From positions 93,865 to 113,757 of the IMG/VR virus record IMGVR_UViG_3300047160_006104: 19,893 nt of DNA; one strand, given 5' to 3'. The notes beneath the pieces are model-generated. The model worked only from the letters and a program-made list of their open reading frames with translations, did not search any database and was not told where the DNA came from. Each line of letters begins with the position of its first letter. Within the stretch, counting starts at the first letter, position 1. The stretch is from a virus. Its lineage: Duplodnaviria; Heunggongvirae; Uroviricota; Caudoviricetes. Made by a program: the position numbers and the translations under genes. Shown here one piece after another: positions 6,908 to 15,630 of the stretch.

Positions 6908-7192
6908 ATGCCGCGAGGACGCATCGACCGCGAAGACCGCTACGAAGCCACCGGGATGACCACGATGCAGCGGGAGCAGGTCATCGCCCGGCTCCACAAA
7001 AAAGGGTTGTCGCAGCATAAAATCGCGGCGAAGCTGGGTATCACCCAACCCGCTGTGCACTACACCCTGCTGAAATTGTCCGGGCAGCAACGCAACCGCG
7101 CGAAATACGACATCTGCGACTGGTGCGACAAAAACGTGCCTAAAGGCGCCCTGGACGCCAACGGCTGCTGCGAAGAATGCGCCGAGGGCTAG
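6908..7192 (+). CDS. HTH DNA-binding protein with C-terminal Zn finger
   Basis: KGLSQHKIAAKLGITQPAVHYTL (HTH) and CDWC...CCEEC; TATGCT -10 box at 6896-6901. Confidence 0.8.
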   Translation: MPRGRIDREDRYEATGMTTMQREQVIARLHKKGLSQHKIAAKLGITQPAVHYTLLKLSGQQRNRAKYDICDWCDKNVPKGALDANGCCEECAEG

Positions 7193-7410
7193 CGCGGTTC
7201 GGTCACCGGCGTGTCGAACGCGGAGTGCACCGCCACGAAGTTGAACAGCAGTAGCGGGCCGTCGTCGGTTATCTGTTCGCCGACCCGGATGTACTGGGCG
7301 TAGCGCGGGTTGGACAAGCTGTTGGCCGGGATGTTGATGTTCTCCACCTCGGCGGGGATCTCCTCAAGGATTTGACGGTCCAGCGGGCCGCCGCGCAGCA
7401 CAGCTCTCAT
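7189..7410 (-). CDS. Hypothetical protein (73 aa)
   Basis: ATGA overlap with the upstream gene; LRGGPLD motif typical of small phage proteins. Confidence 0.7.
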   Translation of the reverse strand: MRAVLRGGPLDRQILEEIPAEVENINIPANSLSNPRYAQYIRVGEQITDDGPLLLFNFVAVHSAFDTPVTEPR

Positions 7411-8252
7411 GGTGAATGGGTCGTGGTCGCTTTCAGTTTGCCTTGCCCGGACAGGTTAACAGACGGTTCAGGGTAGGTGGCGAAAATTTGGCGGGTGGTA
7501 GGCCCGAATTGGCTGTAGTTCGTCACCCCGCCGATACCGGAGTAGAAACCGAACTGCATGTACGGATTCCCGAACGCGGTCCAATACGTGCGGCCGGTGT
7601 AACTGCCGCACAGCACACCGTCGACATAAAACCGCTGAAACCCGTTGGCGGTCTGGGTCCAATACATTTGCGCGTCGATCCGATGCCACGTGTCATAGGT
7701 GATCACCGGGCCGTAATAGGAGTGAACGTTGTTGCCGCCGGAGTCGTACTGGACATCCCACCGCCACGCCGGGGTGGGGTAATGCGGGTCGGTGTTGTTG
7801 GTGTCCACCGACAGGCCGTGCGCCTGATTGGCCTGGGTGTGCAGCTCCCACAGCACACCCAGAAACCAGCCGGAATCAACGTCGGGGCCGGTGCCGAACG
7901 ACTGTGAGGGCACGTTGATCCACGCCGTGTATTGCACGATGGTGCCCGGCGGATCCGAGCGCCCGTTGCCGGCGATGCTGGTGCCCTGCAAAAGAACCGC
8001 CTTGGCGGTGGAGTCCCAGATCGCCACCTCGGAGTCGCTGACAGTGAACGAGAACCCCGACCCGTACGGGGTGCTCATCGTGGCGAGGCTGGAGTTGCCG
8101 GTGGTCACTGGATAGGTGTAGGCGGGCAGGAACCCGCCGCCACCCAAACTCGCATAGTTGTTGACGTTGAGGTTAATTTTCCCGCCTGACCACACTTTCC
8201 CCACCGGACCCCACTGCGGGGCGCCTAACGCCATCCGCGCCGCGGAGAACAT
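7407..8252 (-). CDS. Polysaccharide lyase-like / concanavalin A beta-jelly-roll protein (281 aa)
   Basis: Start at 8252 by TGATG overlap. Aromatic-rich beta pattern LWELH...TWHRI..QMYW....GFQRFYVDG....SYTGRT...NPYMQFGFYSG resembles the Polysacc_lyase family C-terminus. Activity not inferable. Confidence 0.55.
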   Translation of the reverse strand: MFSAARMALGAPQWGPVGKVWSGGKINLNVNNYASLGGGGFLPAYTYPVTTGNSSLATMSTPYGSGFSFTVSDSEVAIWDSTAKAVLLQGTSIAGNGRSDPPGTIVQYTAWINVPSQSFGTGPDVDSGWFLGVLWELHTQANQAHGLSVDTNNTDPHYPTPAWRWDVQYDSGGNNVHSYYGPVITYDTWHRIDAQMYWTQTANGFQRFYVDGVLCGSYTGRTYWTAFGNPYMQFGFYSGIGGVTNYSQFGPTTRQIFATYPEPSVNLSGQGKLKATTTHSP

Positions 8253-9697
8253 CAGGACGGGTATCCCTGCACGTAGGAGCCGCGCCACGTGGTTCCATCA
8301 GAGATGAACGAGTAAATGTCGACCGATCCGGCGGTCGTGGTCTGCGTCGGGGCGCCGGCCGCCGACCAGACGACGCCGGTGAAGGTGGCGGTGCCCGCGC
8401 CGGTGGTCGCGGCCTGGTGCAAGATCAGGGTGAACGACTGCGACACCCCCGAAACGACGGCAGGCATGGTGACGGTGGCCGCGGTGGACGCAGTCAACGT
8501 CGCGGTCATCACCGTCCCGCCGGACAGCGCCGGCAACGTCGTAGACGTGGTGAGGGTGCCGAGCGCTTGAACGGTTTCGGCGTAACCGGTGATCGTCGGG
8601 TTGGACAGCGTTTTATTCGTCAGCGTCTCGGTGGCCGCCGCGGTCGAATAATCCGTGCCGGCGACCGCGGCGGCCAACGTGTTGGCGCCGGTCCGCTTCA
8701 CCAGCCCGGTCGCCGAAAGCCCGGTAATAGCGTCCTGGGTGATTGAGGCGCCCAGCGCTGTCGAGGTGCCCGCGATGGTGATCGAGCTGTTCGTCAACGC
8801 CGCATTAGCGATATTCGACAGCGTGTTCGTCGAACCCGAGATCGTCTTGTTCGACAGGGTTTGGGTGTCGGTGGTGCCGACCACCGCCCCGGCCGGCGCG
8901 GCGACCGCGGTCATCGCCGCCGTCCCGGACCCTTTGACGAGCCCGGTCAGCGTCGTCGCCCCAGTCCCCCCGCCAGCCACCCCCAGCGTGCCCGTCAACC
9001 CGGCCGCGGTGCCGGTGGTGTTCTGGTTGAACGTCGGGAACACATTCCCCGACCCAGTCAAATCCTTATTCGACAACGCCTGCACAGTGTCGATACCCAC
9101 CATCGTGGTGGAGGCATCAGGGATAGCGATGGTGCGGGTGGCGCCGCTGGCGATCGCCGCCGCGGAAAACTTGACCTGCTTAGTGGTGTCGGTGGAGTTC
9201 TCCACCAGCGCCCCAGAATCCGGGAAAGGCGGCGACGCGCCGCCCCCACCGCCGGTCACAGTCACCCACGCGGCGTCGTCACGCAGATACTTGGTGCCGG
9301 TACCGATACCGCCGCTGGCGTCGATCGACGACACCGCCAACTTCCCGTTGGAGTCCGCGCCGACATACCCGTTCGCGGCGTTCTTATTCACCGTGCGCTC
9401 CGCGCCAGAATCGGTCACCGTGATCGACCCGGATCCGTCAAACGCCACCCCGTTGATGTTCACCGGCGCCGCCAACTTCGTCGCGGTAGCCGCGTTAGCG
9501 CCGGGCTGCAACGCGCTGTTCGCCGCGGACAGCGACGCCTGCACCCCAGCAGTCAAATCGGTGGTAGGAATCCCCCCACCCGGCCTGATGTAAGCCGCGT
9601 TCGCCGCCGCCGCGATCCCGTTCATATCCGACGCGGTCACATTCCCCGGCGCCGGCGCCACCCCGCCGTCACTGTAATTCGTTCGAAGGGCGGTCAT
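8252..9697 (-). CDS. Tail-fibre / minor virion-like mosaic protein (481 aa, Gly/Ala/Thr-rich)
   Basis: Fibre-type modules: YIRPGGGIPTTDL..VQASL, ATKLAAPVNINGVAFDGS, three T(Q/E)xL(S/T)NK repeats, VAGGGTGATT, C-terminal SFTLILHQ...W...AP..TTTAG.VDIYSFISDG..W. Confidence 0.72.
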   Translation of the reverse strand: MTALRTNYSDGGVAPAPGNVTASDMNGIAAAANAAYIRPGGGIPTTDLTAGVQASLSAANSALQPGANAATATKLAAPVNINGVAFDGSGSITVTDSGAERTVNKNAANGYVGADSNGKLAVSSIDASGGIGTGTKYLRDDAAWVTVTGGGGGASPPFPDSGALVENSTDTTKQVKFSAAAIASGATRTIAIPDASTTMVGIDTVQALSNKDLTGSGNVFPTFNQNTTGTAAGLTGTLGVAGGGTGATTLTGLVKGSGTAAMTAVAAPAGAVVGTTDTQTLSNKTISGSTNTLSNIANAALTNSSITIAGTSTALGASITQDAITGLSATGLVKRTGANTLAAAVAGTDYSTAAATETLTNKTLSNPTITGYAETVQALGTLTTSTTLPALSGGTVMTATLTASTAATVTMPAVVSGVSQSFTLILHQAATTGAGTATFTGVVWSAAGAPTQTTTAGSVDIYSFISDGTTWRGSYVQGYPS

Positions 9698-9756
9698 AAA
9701 CCCCGACGCTACCCGTCAACACCACAATTACCGGGGAGCCACGCTATGCTGCGGGC

Positions 9757-9903
9757 GTGGTCAGTTGGCCCGTGATGCTGATCGCGGCGACCGCCGCCGC
9801 CGGCGTCCTGCTAGGTGCCGTTGTCGCGCTCACCCCCGATCAGCGTCAACCCGCACCACCGCTGACGCCCATTCAAGTTGGCTACGGCGACCGCGCGCCG
9901 TAA
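9757..9903 (+). CDS. Small membrane protein (48 aa)
   Basis: TM helix PVMLIAATAAAGVLLGAVVAL; TATGCT at 9745-9750 is 6 nt before the GTG. Confidence 0.55.
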   Translation: MVSWPVMLIAATAAAGVLLGAVVALTPDQRQPAPPLTPIQVGYGDRAP

Positions 9904-9940
9904 CAAAATAAACGACAGCACGCTGTTAACATCAGCGGAC

Positions 9941-10144
9941 GTGACCGACGACAAAACCATCGCAGCGATCCGCGCGGCGGTACACGACGAACTGATGATC
10001 TTCGCGCACCATATGAAAGAGACAGTCCAACCGGGACTGCCGGTGGACTGGTGGATACTCAACGGCCTGGACTGGTACCTCAAACAGGAACGAAAAACCA
10101 CTGAACCGGATCAGCCGGAGCTGGACTTCAAGGAGGGTACGTGA
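9941..10144 (+). CDS. Hypothetical protein (67 aa)
   Basis: GTG 9941 preceded by TGTTAACAT (extended -10-like); GTGA overlap with the next gene. Confidence 0.55.
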   Translation: MTDDKTIAAIRAAVHDELMIFAHHMKETVQPGLPVDWWILNGLDWYLKQERKTTEPDQPELDFKEGT

Positions 10145-10254
10145 GCAAGGGAAGGTGCCCGAAATGCGGACACATGGCCAAACACCACGCCGCGACTGGA
10201 CATTGCCGCCGCCGTGGCTGTGACTGCACCCAAAGCCCGCAGAGCAAAACGTGA
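10141..10254 (+). CDS. Cys/His micro-protein (37 aa, MSKGRCPKCGHMAKHHAATGHCRRRGCDC...)
   Basis: AAGGAGG RBS; CxxCGH-x4-H...C...GCxC. Confidence 0.65.
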   Translation: MSKGRCPKCGHMAKHHAATGHCRRRGCDCTQSPQSKT

Positions 10255-10399
10255 CGAACGGCTGTGCCCGGTGTGCAAGCAGAAAGTGTCACGCACCAGC
10301 CCTCGCGGCAACATCGAACGCCACCTGGACGGCATCGGCGAAACCTGCCGAGGTTCCCACGAGCCCTGGCGCATCACCATCAAACCCAAAAAAAGCTGA
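10214..10399 (+). CDS. Small Zn-binding protein (CPVC...RH...C.GS)
   Basis: Metal-binding motif and position in the operon; start uncertain (10214 or 10220). Confidence 0.62.
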   Translation: MAVTAPKARRAKRDERLCPVCKQKVSRTSPRGNIERHLDGIGETCRGSHEPWRITIKPKKS

Positions 10400-10492
10400 A
10401 AAACCCGAAAAAACAAGGAATTTCGGCGTATCACACCGCTCAACACGAAAATTTAAGGAAATTCGGCCGAAAAGTCGGGCACCGGCGAACTG

Positions 10493-11155
10493 GTGATCGT
10501 CATCGGGGTGGTGGCGCACAATCAACGCCGAAAACAGGCCGAAAAGCTGGCCGAACAGGTCGGTGCATCAGTGTGCCTGTTCGACGACGGCACCCTGAAA
10601 TGCGAAGGCAACCATCTGGAAGTCCTTCGGCTGCTGCACTGTTACGACGCGGATTGGGTTGTGGTCCTCGAAGACGACGCGGCGCCCCAACCCGGGTTCG
10701 GTATCGACGTGCGCGCCGCCCTGCGAAACCCGCCCGCCCCGGTGATAGGCCTGTATTTGGGCACCGGCAACCCGTCAGGCGAACCGCAACGGCAAATCAA
10801 GGCAGCTGTCGACGCCGCCAAAGCCCAAGGTGCGGCGTGGCTGCTCGCCGACTGCCTGATCGGCTCCGTCGGATACGCGGTCCGCGGCAGTCACATCGCC
10901 GACATGCTGGATTTCATCACCGGCCGCGACGAAGAACTGCCGCTGCGGATCAGCCGTTGGGCGCAGGCCCGCGGCCACTTCATCGGCTACACGCAGCCTT
11001 CTCTGGTGGATCACCGCGACGACGAACCGATCGGGCGGCCGTGGCGCGGCCCGCACTTTCTGCCCCGCAAAGCCTGGAACTACGGCACCCGGGAAAACTG
11101 GGACACCCCCGCTGTCCGCATCGGACATTGCCCCGTCTGGAGCGCACATGGCTAA
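10493..11155 (+). CDS. Glycosyltransferase-like protein (mycobacteriophage type)
   Basis: IGVVAHN.R, C..NH, WVVVLEDDA (DxD-type), LYLG.G.P, YTQPSLVDH.D, the pattern of actinophage GT-A-like glycosyltransferases. Confidence 0.78.
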   Translation: MIVIGVVAHNQRRKQAEKLAEQVGASVCLFDDGTLKCEGNHLEVLRLLHCYDADWVVVLEDDAAPQPGFGIDVRAALRNPPAPVIGLYLGTGNPSGEPQRQIKAAVDAAKAQGAAWLLADCLIGSVGYAVRGSHIADMLDFITGRDEELPLRISRWAQARGHFIGYTQPSLVDHRDDEPIGRPWRGPHFLPRKAWNYGTRENWDTPAVRIGHCPVWSAHG

Positions 11156-11855
11156 GTTGCCGGTCGCGACGATCTGTGTGCCTTGGAGACCGTCGCCTTC
11201 ACGGCTCAAGCCCTACGCCAAGATTCGGGAATACTGGGCGACGTTCTTTCCTGACTGGCCGCTGATCACCGCCGACGCTGGCGGCGAAATCTTCAACCTC
11301 GCGGCCTCACGCAACAAGGCCGTCAGCGAAGCCGTAACCGACATCGTCGTCGTCGCGGACGCAGACACCGTGCCCCCGACCGACAGCGTCACGATCGCGG
11401 TAGCGGATCCGGTAGGCGTGTGTTGGCCGCATGAGGTGTGGCGACTCATTCCGGGCGAGTACGCCGAACGGCCCTTCGAGGATTTCCCCGCAGCCCCGAC
11501 AGTGCAGGAGTATCCCGGCGGTCTCGGCGCGGTCATGGTCACCACCGTCGATGAGTATTGGCGTTTGGGCGGGCAACCTGAGGAATTCGAAGGATGGGGG
11601 CATGAAGACCGGGCATTCCACTGCGTGGTCACCACACTGTCCATCCATCGCCGCATCGGCGGCGTCGCCTACAGCATCGACCATGACGGTGACTCGCCGG
11701 GCTGGACCCGCGACGGCGGGAAACGCAACGCCCGGCTGGCCCGACCCTATGAACAGGCCAACGGCCGGCCCTGGTTGATGCGCGAACTGCTGCGCCAACG
11801 CGACGAACCCCTTCCCGAAGACAACGACCCCACCCAAGGCCGCTACACACCCTGA
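11148..11855 (+). CDS. GT-A fold glycosyltransferase (GT2 / galactosyltransferase-like)
   Basis: ICVPWR, FNLAASRNKAV, VVADAD (DxD), RLGGQPEEFEGWGHEDRAF (GT2/GT7 C-terminal motif). Confidence 0.85.
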   Translation: MAKLPVATICVPWRPSPSRLKPYAKIREYWATFFPDWPLITADAGGEIFNLAASRNKAVSEAVTDIVVVADADTVPPTDSVTIAVADPVGVCWPHEVWRLIPGEYAERPFEDFPAAPTVQEYPGGLGAVMVTTVDEYWRLGGQPEEFEGWGHEDRAFHCVVTTLSIHRRIGGVAYSIDHDGDSPGWTRDGGKRNARLARPYEQANGRPWLMRELLRQRDEPLPEDNDPTQGRYTP

Positions 11856-11922
11856 CACTTGTCAAGCATCGCTGCGGCGTGTCTACGTAAAGAATCGGCG
11901 GCCCCACGCCCAGAATGTGGGG

Positions 11923-12372
11923 ATGGCTGCCCAGCCCAGACTCACGCGCGCTGAAATGGAAAAACGCGACTACCGCATCCTTACCCTGTTTTTGGCGGGC
12001 AACTCCGAAGCCGAGATCGCCCGCGCGATGGGACTAACCGGCGCCCGAATCAACCAGATCGTCAAAAAGGAACTCAAAAACGCCGGCCGGCACCGCCGCC
12101 TGCTCACCGACGAAGCCCTGGCCGTGTATCAGTCGCGGCTGGAAACCCTGATCAAAGTGGTGTGGCCCAAAGTCGCCCAACAAGACTTGAAGGCGGTTGA
12201 GATTGCGCGGCGCCTGCTTGAGCAGCAATCGCGGCTGTACAACTTCGAAGAGGAACGCATCGGCGCGATCCCGCCGATGGGCGAACAGGAACTCGCCGAA
12301 GACGACGCTAATCCCGCCGAGGTCGACGACCTGTCCCGCTACCGCAACCGCCACCGCGAGCAGGCGACATGA
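11923..12372 (+). CDS. Probable terminase small subunit (N-terminal HTH)
   Basis: HTH LFLAGNSEAEIARAMGLTGARINQIV followed by helical region LKAVEIARRLLEQQSRL; position upstream of terL. Confidence 0.62.
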   Translation: MAAQPRLTRAEMEKRDYRILTLFLAGNSEAEIARAMGLTGARINQIVKKELKNAGRHRRLLTDEALAVYQSRLETLIKVVWPKVAQQDLKAVEIARRLLEQQSRLYNFEEERIGAIPPMGEQELAEDDANPAEVDDLSRYRNRHREQAT

Positions 12373-12527
12373 GTATCTGCCGCTGCGGGCATGACCGGCT
12401 GCTACACGGCTGGTTGGATAACTTCACCGGCCCGTGCCTGATCCTGAACATGACCGCCCCCTACCCGATCGGCTGCGGCTGCGTCGAATACAAAAAGCAG
12501 CCCACCGGCCCGAAAGTGAAACCATGA
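12369..12527 (+). CDS. Cys/His micro-protein (52 aa, MSICRCGHDRLLH...PC...GCGCVEY)
   Basis: ATGA overlaps at both ends (terS stop and terL start); absent from the ORF track. Confidence 0.65.
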   Translation: MSICRCGHDRLLHGWLDNFTGPCLILNMTAPYPIGCGCVEYKKQPTGPKVKP

Positions 12528-15268
12528 CCGCGGTAGTCGAGGCGCCCTCACCAGAAATCGGGGCCACCACCGCCCGCGTCTACACCCCACCACTAAAACG
12601 CAACTGCACCGGCCCGAAACCCGATCAGGACGGAAACGTGCTGGAATGCGGCTGCGGCTGCGGCCTGAACCCGCAAACCTCGTGGGGCTTCGACTGCAAC
12701 CACTTCACGAAAAATGTGCTGCGCTACAACCTGCTGCCGTGGCAAGAGTGGCTGAATATCCACGCCCTGGAGAAAAGCGAAGACGGCGGTTTCCGGTTTA
12801 AAATCGTCGTCGTTCTGGTGGCTCGACAAAACGGTAAGACCAGTTGGTTAAAGCAGTTAGGTTTGTGGCGCCTGTTCGTCTCTAAATACGGAACCGCCAA
12901 CGCCGCCGCCCCCGGCGCCCGGCTGGCGGTGATCGCCGCCCAGAACCTGGAATACGCCGAACAAGTCCTCAAAGACGTCGTCGACACCATCCGCGACCAC
13001 CCCAGACTGTCCCGAGAGCTGATTAACCATCGGGTCTGCCTGGACGTGTCGACTCCGCTGCTGACCGCCAACAGGGGTTGGACAACGATGGGTGATGCCC
13101 GCGCCGGTGACGTGCTGTTTCACCCAGACGGCGGCACAACCCGTATCCGCTACGTGAATCCTGTGTATGACAATCACCTCTGTTACCGGGTCAGCACCAG
13201 CGACGGGCGCAGCGTCGTGTGCGATGACCGGCATTTGTGGACGGTTCAGGATCGGCGCCGTTTCACGCGCGGCGAAGACGACCGATTCGTGTGGACCTGG
13301 GAAACGATCAGCACCGTCGAGATGCTGCGCCGCGGGCTTCGTCGGCTCGGAGCATCACCCCGGGCCAATGCCTTCCGGCTACCGGATCAGCAATGCCTGG
13401 ACGGGAAGAACGTTGACCTGCCGATAGACCCGTACACCTTGGGCTACTGGCTCGGAGACGGCGACAAACACGGATCACGCATCACCGTCGCCGATCGCGA
13501 TGCGGCGGAGTTGATCAGCCTGATGGCGGCGCGCAATACCACCGTCCAGAAAGCGCGTCGTGAGGGTAACTGGTGGCGTATCTGGTTCGGCACCCCAGCG
13601 GGGGGTCTGTGGACGCAGTTACGCAGCCTCGGGGTGGCAGATGACCGCCGCTACCTTACCGGCGCGCACAAGCACATCCCCGACATCTACCTACACGCCG
13701 GGCCTGAGCAGCGGGAGGAGCTGCTGGCCGGCTTACTGGACAGCGACGGCAGCGTCTCCACCAAGGGCCGGGTGGTGTTCACCAACACGTCCGCGGAACT
13801 CGCCGACGCGGTGATGTACCTCACCCGATCGCTCGGCTTTTCGCCGCGCCACCACATCAAGCGCCACATCGTGAGCGGTAAAGACTACGGCGACATCCAC
13901 CGGGTCATGTTCACACCGCACCGCCAGGTGTTCCGGCTGTCCAGGAAGACCGAACGGATCTCGACCGGCCAGCGCCCCCCGGGTATCTATGTGAAATCGA
14001 TCGAGCCGGTGGAGACACGCGCGGTGCGCTGCTTCAAGGTGGATCGCGACGACGGCCTGTTTTTGGCTGGCCGAGACCTCATCCCCACCCACAATACCAA
14101 TGGCCGGCACCGCGCGATCCTGACCAACCGTCGCTATTGGCGGGCGGTCACCGCTTCTCGTAAAGGCGGCCGAAGCCTCTCGGTGGATTTAGCGATGCTC
14201 GACGAGTTACGTGAGCACACCACCACCGACGCGTGGGACGCGATCGCCCCGGCGACCACGGTGCGGAAGTTTTCGCAGATCGTCTGCACTTCCAACGCCG
14301 GAGATCAGCGCTCCGAGGTGCTGCGCAGCCTGCGTGACGCCGCCACCCGGCGGATCACCACCGGCGAAACCACTGAAACTAGAACCGGATTATTCGAATG
14401 GTCGGTGCCCACCGACTACAATCCTCGCGACGAGCAGCATTGGCATCTCGCTAATCCCGCGTTGGGGTACCTCAACGACTTCTGCCTCTCAGACCTGCGA
14501 GCTATGTTCGAAGCCGCGCAATACCGCAACATGCCCGGGTTTCAAACCGAATATTTATGCCAGTGGGTTGATGCGCTGCAGCCGGGCATTATCCCGGCTG
14601 AGCATTGGGGTGAAACGGTCGATTCCACCACCAGGAGGGCAGAGCAATCCCCGGTTTACGCGGCAGTGGACGTCAACTACGACCGCACCCGCTCATTTAT
14701 CGCCATCGCGGCCCGACGCGACGACGGGGATCTGCATATCGAGATCGTGGCGGCGGCGCGGGGAACGGACTGGGTAGTGGACTGGCTGTCCGAGCGGAAA
14801 ACGAAATTCAAAGCGGTGACCGTGCAGCAGACCGGGGCACCGGCCAGCGGAATGATCCCTGACTTGCAAAAAGCTGGACTCGAGATTATGGAGTGGGGGC
14901 CGGGCGCTGAGGTCGCGGCGGGCTGCGCCCGTTTCTATGACCTGATCTGCCAACACAGCCTGCGGCACCGGCCCGCCCCGGTGTTGGACCGCGCCGCCGC
15001 GTCGGGTATTTCCCGGCGGGTGGTCGACGGCTGGGTGTTCTCGCGGCGCGACTCACCGGTCGACGTCGCCCCACTGTTCGCTTGCGCCGCCGCCGTCTGG
15101 GCGGAACACCGCGGCCCCGCCCCGGCACCAGAAATTCATCCCTGGCCCGACGAAGACACCATCACCCGATGGGAAGCCGACGCCGCCGAAAAATACGGCG
15201 CCTCACCCGGCGCCCTGTCTGCGCGGTTCAACGACATCGAAGGAACATCGTGGTGGATGAGCACCTAG
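12524..15268 (+). CDS. terL: Terminase large subunit precursor (914 aa; about 561 aa after intein removal)
   Basis: Start at ATG 12524 (ATGA overlap). LLPWQEWL, Walker A VARQNGKTS, Walker B LAMLDELRE, TSNAG, nuclease YAAVDV, VDVAPLFA. Confidence 0.95.
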   Translation: MTAVVEAPSPEIGATTARVYTPPLKRNCTGPKPDQDGNVLECGCGCGLNPQTSWGFDCNHFTKNVLRYNLLPWQEWLNIHALEKSEDGGFRFKIVVVLVARQNGKTSWLKQLGLWRLFVSKYGTANAAAPGARLAVIAAQNLEYAEQVLKDVVDTIRDHPRLSRELINHRVCLDVSTPLLTANRGWTTMGDARAGDVLFHPDGGTTRIRYVNPVYDNHLCYRVSTSDGRSVVCDDRHLWTVQDRRRFTRGEDDRFVWTWETISTVEMLRRGLRRLGASPRANAFRLPDQQCLDGKNVDLPIDPYTLGYWLGDGDKHGSRITVADRDAAELISLMAARNTTVQKARREGNWWRIWFGTPAGGLWTQLRSLGVADDRRYLTGAHKHIPDIYLHAGPEQREELLAGLLDSDGSVSTKGRVVFTNTSAELADAVMYLTRSLGFSPRHHIKRHIVSGKDYGDIHRVMFTPHRQVFRLSRKTERISTGQRPPGIYVKSIEPVETRAVRCFKVDRDDGLFLAGRDLIPTHNTNGRHRAILTNRRYWRAVTASRKGGRSLSVDLAMLDELREHTTTDAWDAIAPATTVRKFSQIVCTSNAGDQRSEVLRSLRDAATRRITTGETTETRTGLFEWSVPTDYNPRDEQHWHLANPALGYLNDFCLSDLRAMFEAAQYRNMPGFQTEYLCQWVDALQPGIIPAEHWGETVDSTTRRAEQSPVYAAVDVNYDRTRSFIAIAARRDDGDLHIEIVAAARGTDWVVDWLSERKTKFKAVTVQQTGAPASGMIPDLQKAGLEIMEWGPGAEVAAGCARFYDLICQHSLRHRPAPVLDRAAASGISRRVVDGWVFSRRDSPVDVAPLFACAAAVWAEHRGPAPAPEIHPWPDEDTITRWEADAAEKYGASPGALSARFNDIEGTSWWMST
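13037..14095 (+). mobile_element. Intein in TerL (353 aa) with LAGLIDADG homing endonuclease
   Basis: CLDVSTPLLT...GW.TMGD (block A), DDRHLW (B), LGYWLGDG and LLAGLLDSDG (C/E), VRCFKVD...LFLAG..LIPTHN/T (F/G); exteins join as NHRV/TNGRH. Confidence 0.95.
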
Positions 15269-15630
15269 AAGACCAGAACGTGGTCACCCTTGGGGGCGGC
15301 GGGAAACTATACAAAGACGCCCGCGACGCCGACCGGCGGTTGAGCAGGGAAGAAGACACCGCCCGCGGCGCCGGTAAACCCAAACAACCCGAACCCGCGC
15401 CGCAACCACCGTGGACGGTGCAACCGGTCCGGCCTGAGCCAGTCGCGCTGCCCCCTTCACAGCGCGACTGGCATCAGGTTGAATCCACCCTGGTCGAACT
15501 GTTAGGTATCAGCCTTGTCACCGGCGGGGTCGCCATGTGGTCAATCCCCGCCGCCATGATCGTGGCGGGCGTGTTCATCTTGCTGCTCGGTGTCGCGGCC
15601 GGGCTACCCGAAAAGAAACCCAAACCATGA
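15250..15630 (+). CDS. Membrane protein upstream of portal (126 aa, two TM segments)
   Basis: AAGGA RBS before GTG 15250; Pro-rich linker then LVELLGISLVTGGVAMWSIPAAMIVAGVFILLLGVAAGL. Confidence 0.7.
   Translation: MVDEHLEDQNVVTLGGGGKLYKDARDADRRLSREEDTARGAGKPKQPEPAPQPPWTVQPVRPEPVALPPSQRDWHQVESTLVELLGISLVTGGVAMWSIPAAMIVAGVFILLLGVAAGLPEKKPKP

Noticed and set aside
8316-9775. Long plus-strand ORFs (8655..9593, 8861..9775)
   Set aside because: Antisense shadows of the fibre gene with no motifs; expected in high-GC DNA.
10264-11265. 333-aa Arg/Pro-rich ORF, and similar shadows 16954..17619 and 18420..19571
   Set aside because: They overlap well-supported genes in other frames or strands and have low-information composition.
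11853-11922. TGACA-CT-TGTCA palindrome and CCCCAC/GTGGGG hairpin before terS as regulatory switches
   Set aside because: Stems of only 5-6 bp, likely to occur by chance; no properly spaced consensus -10 follows the TTGTCA.
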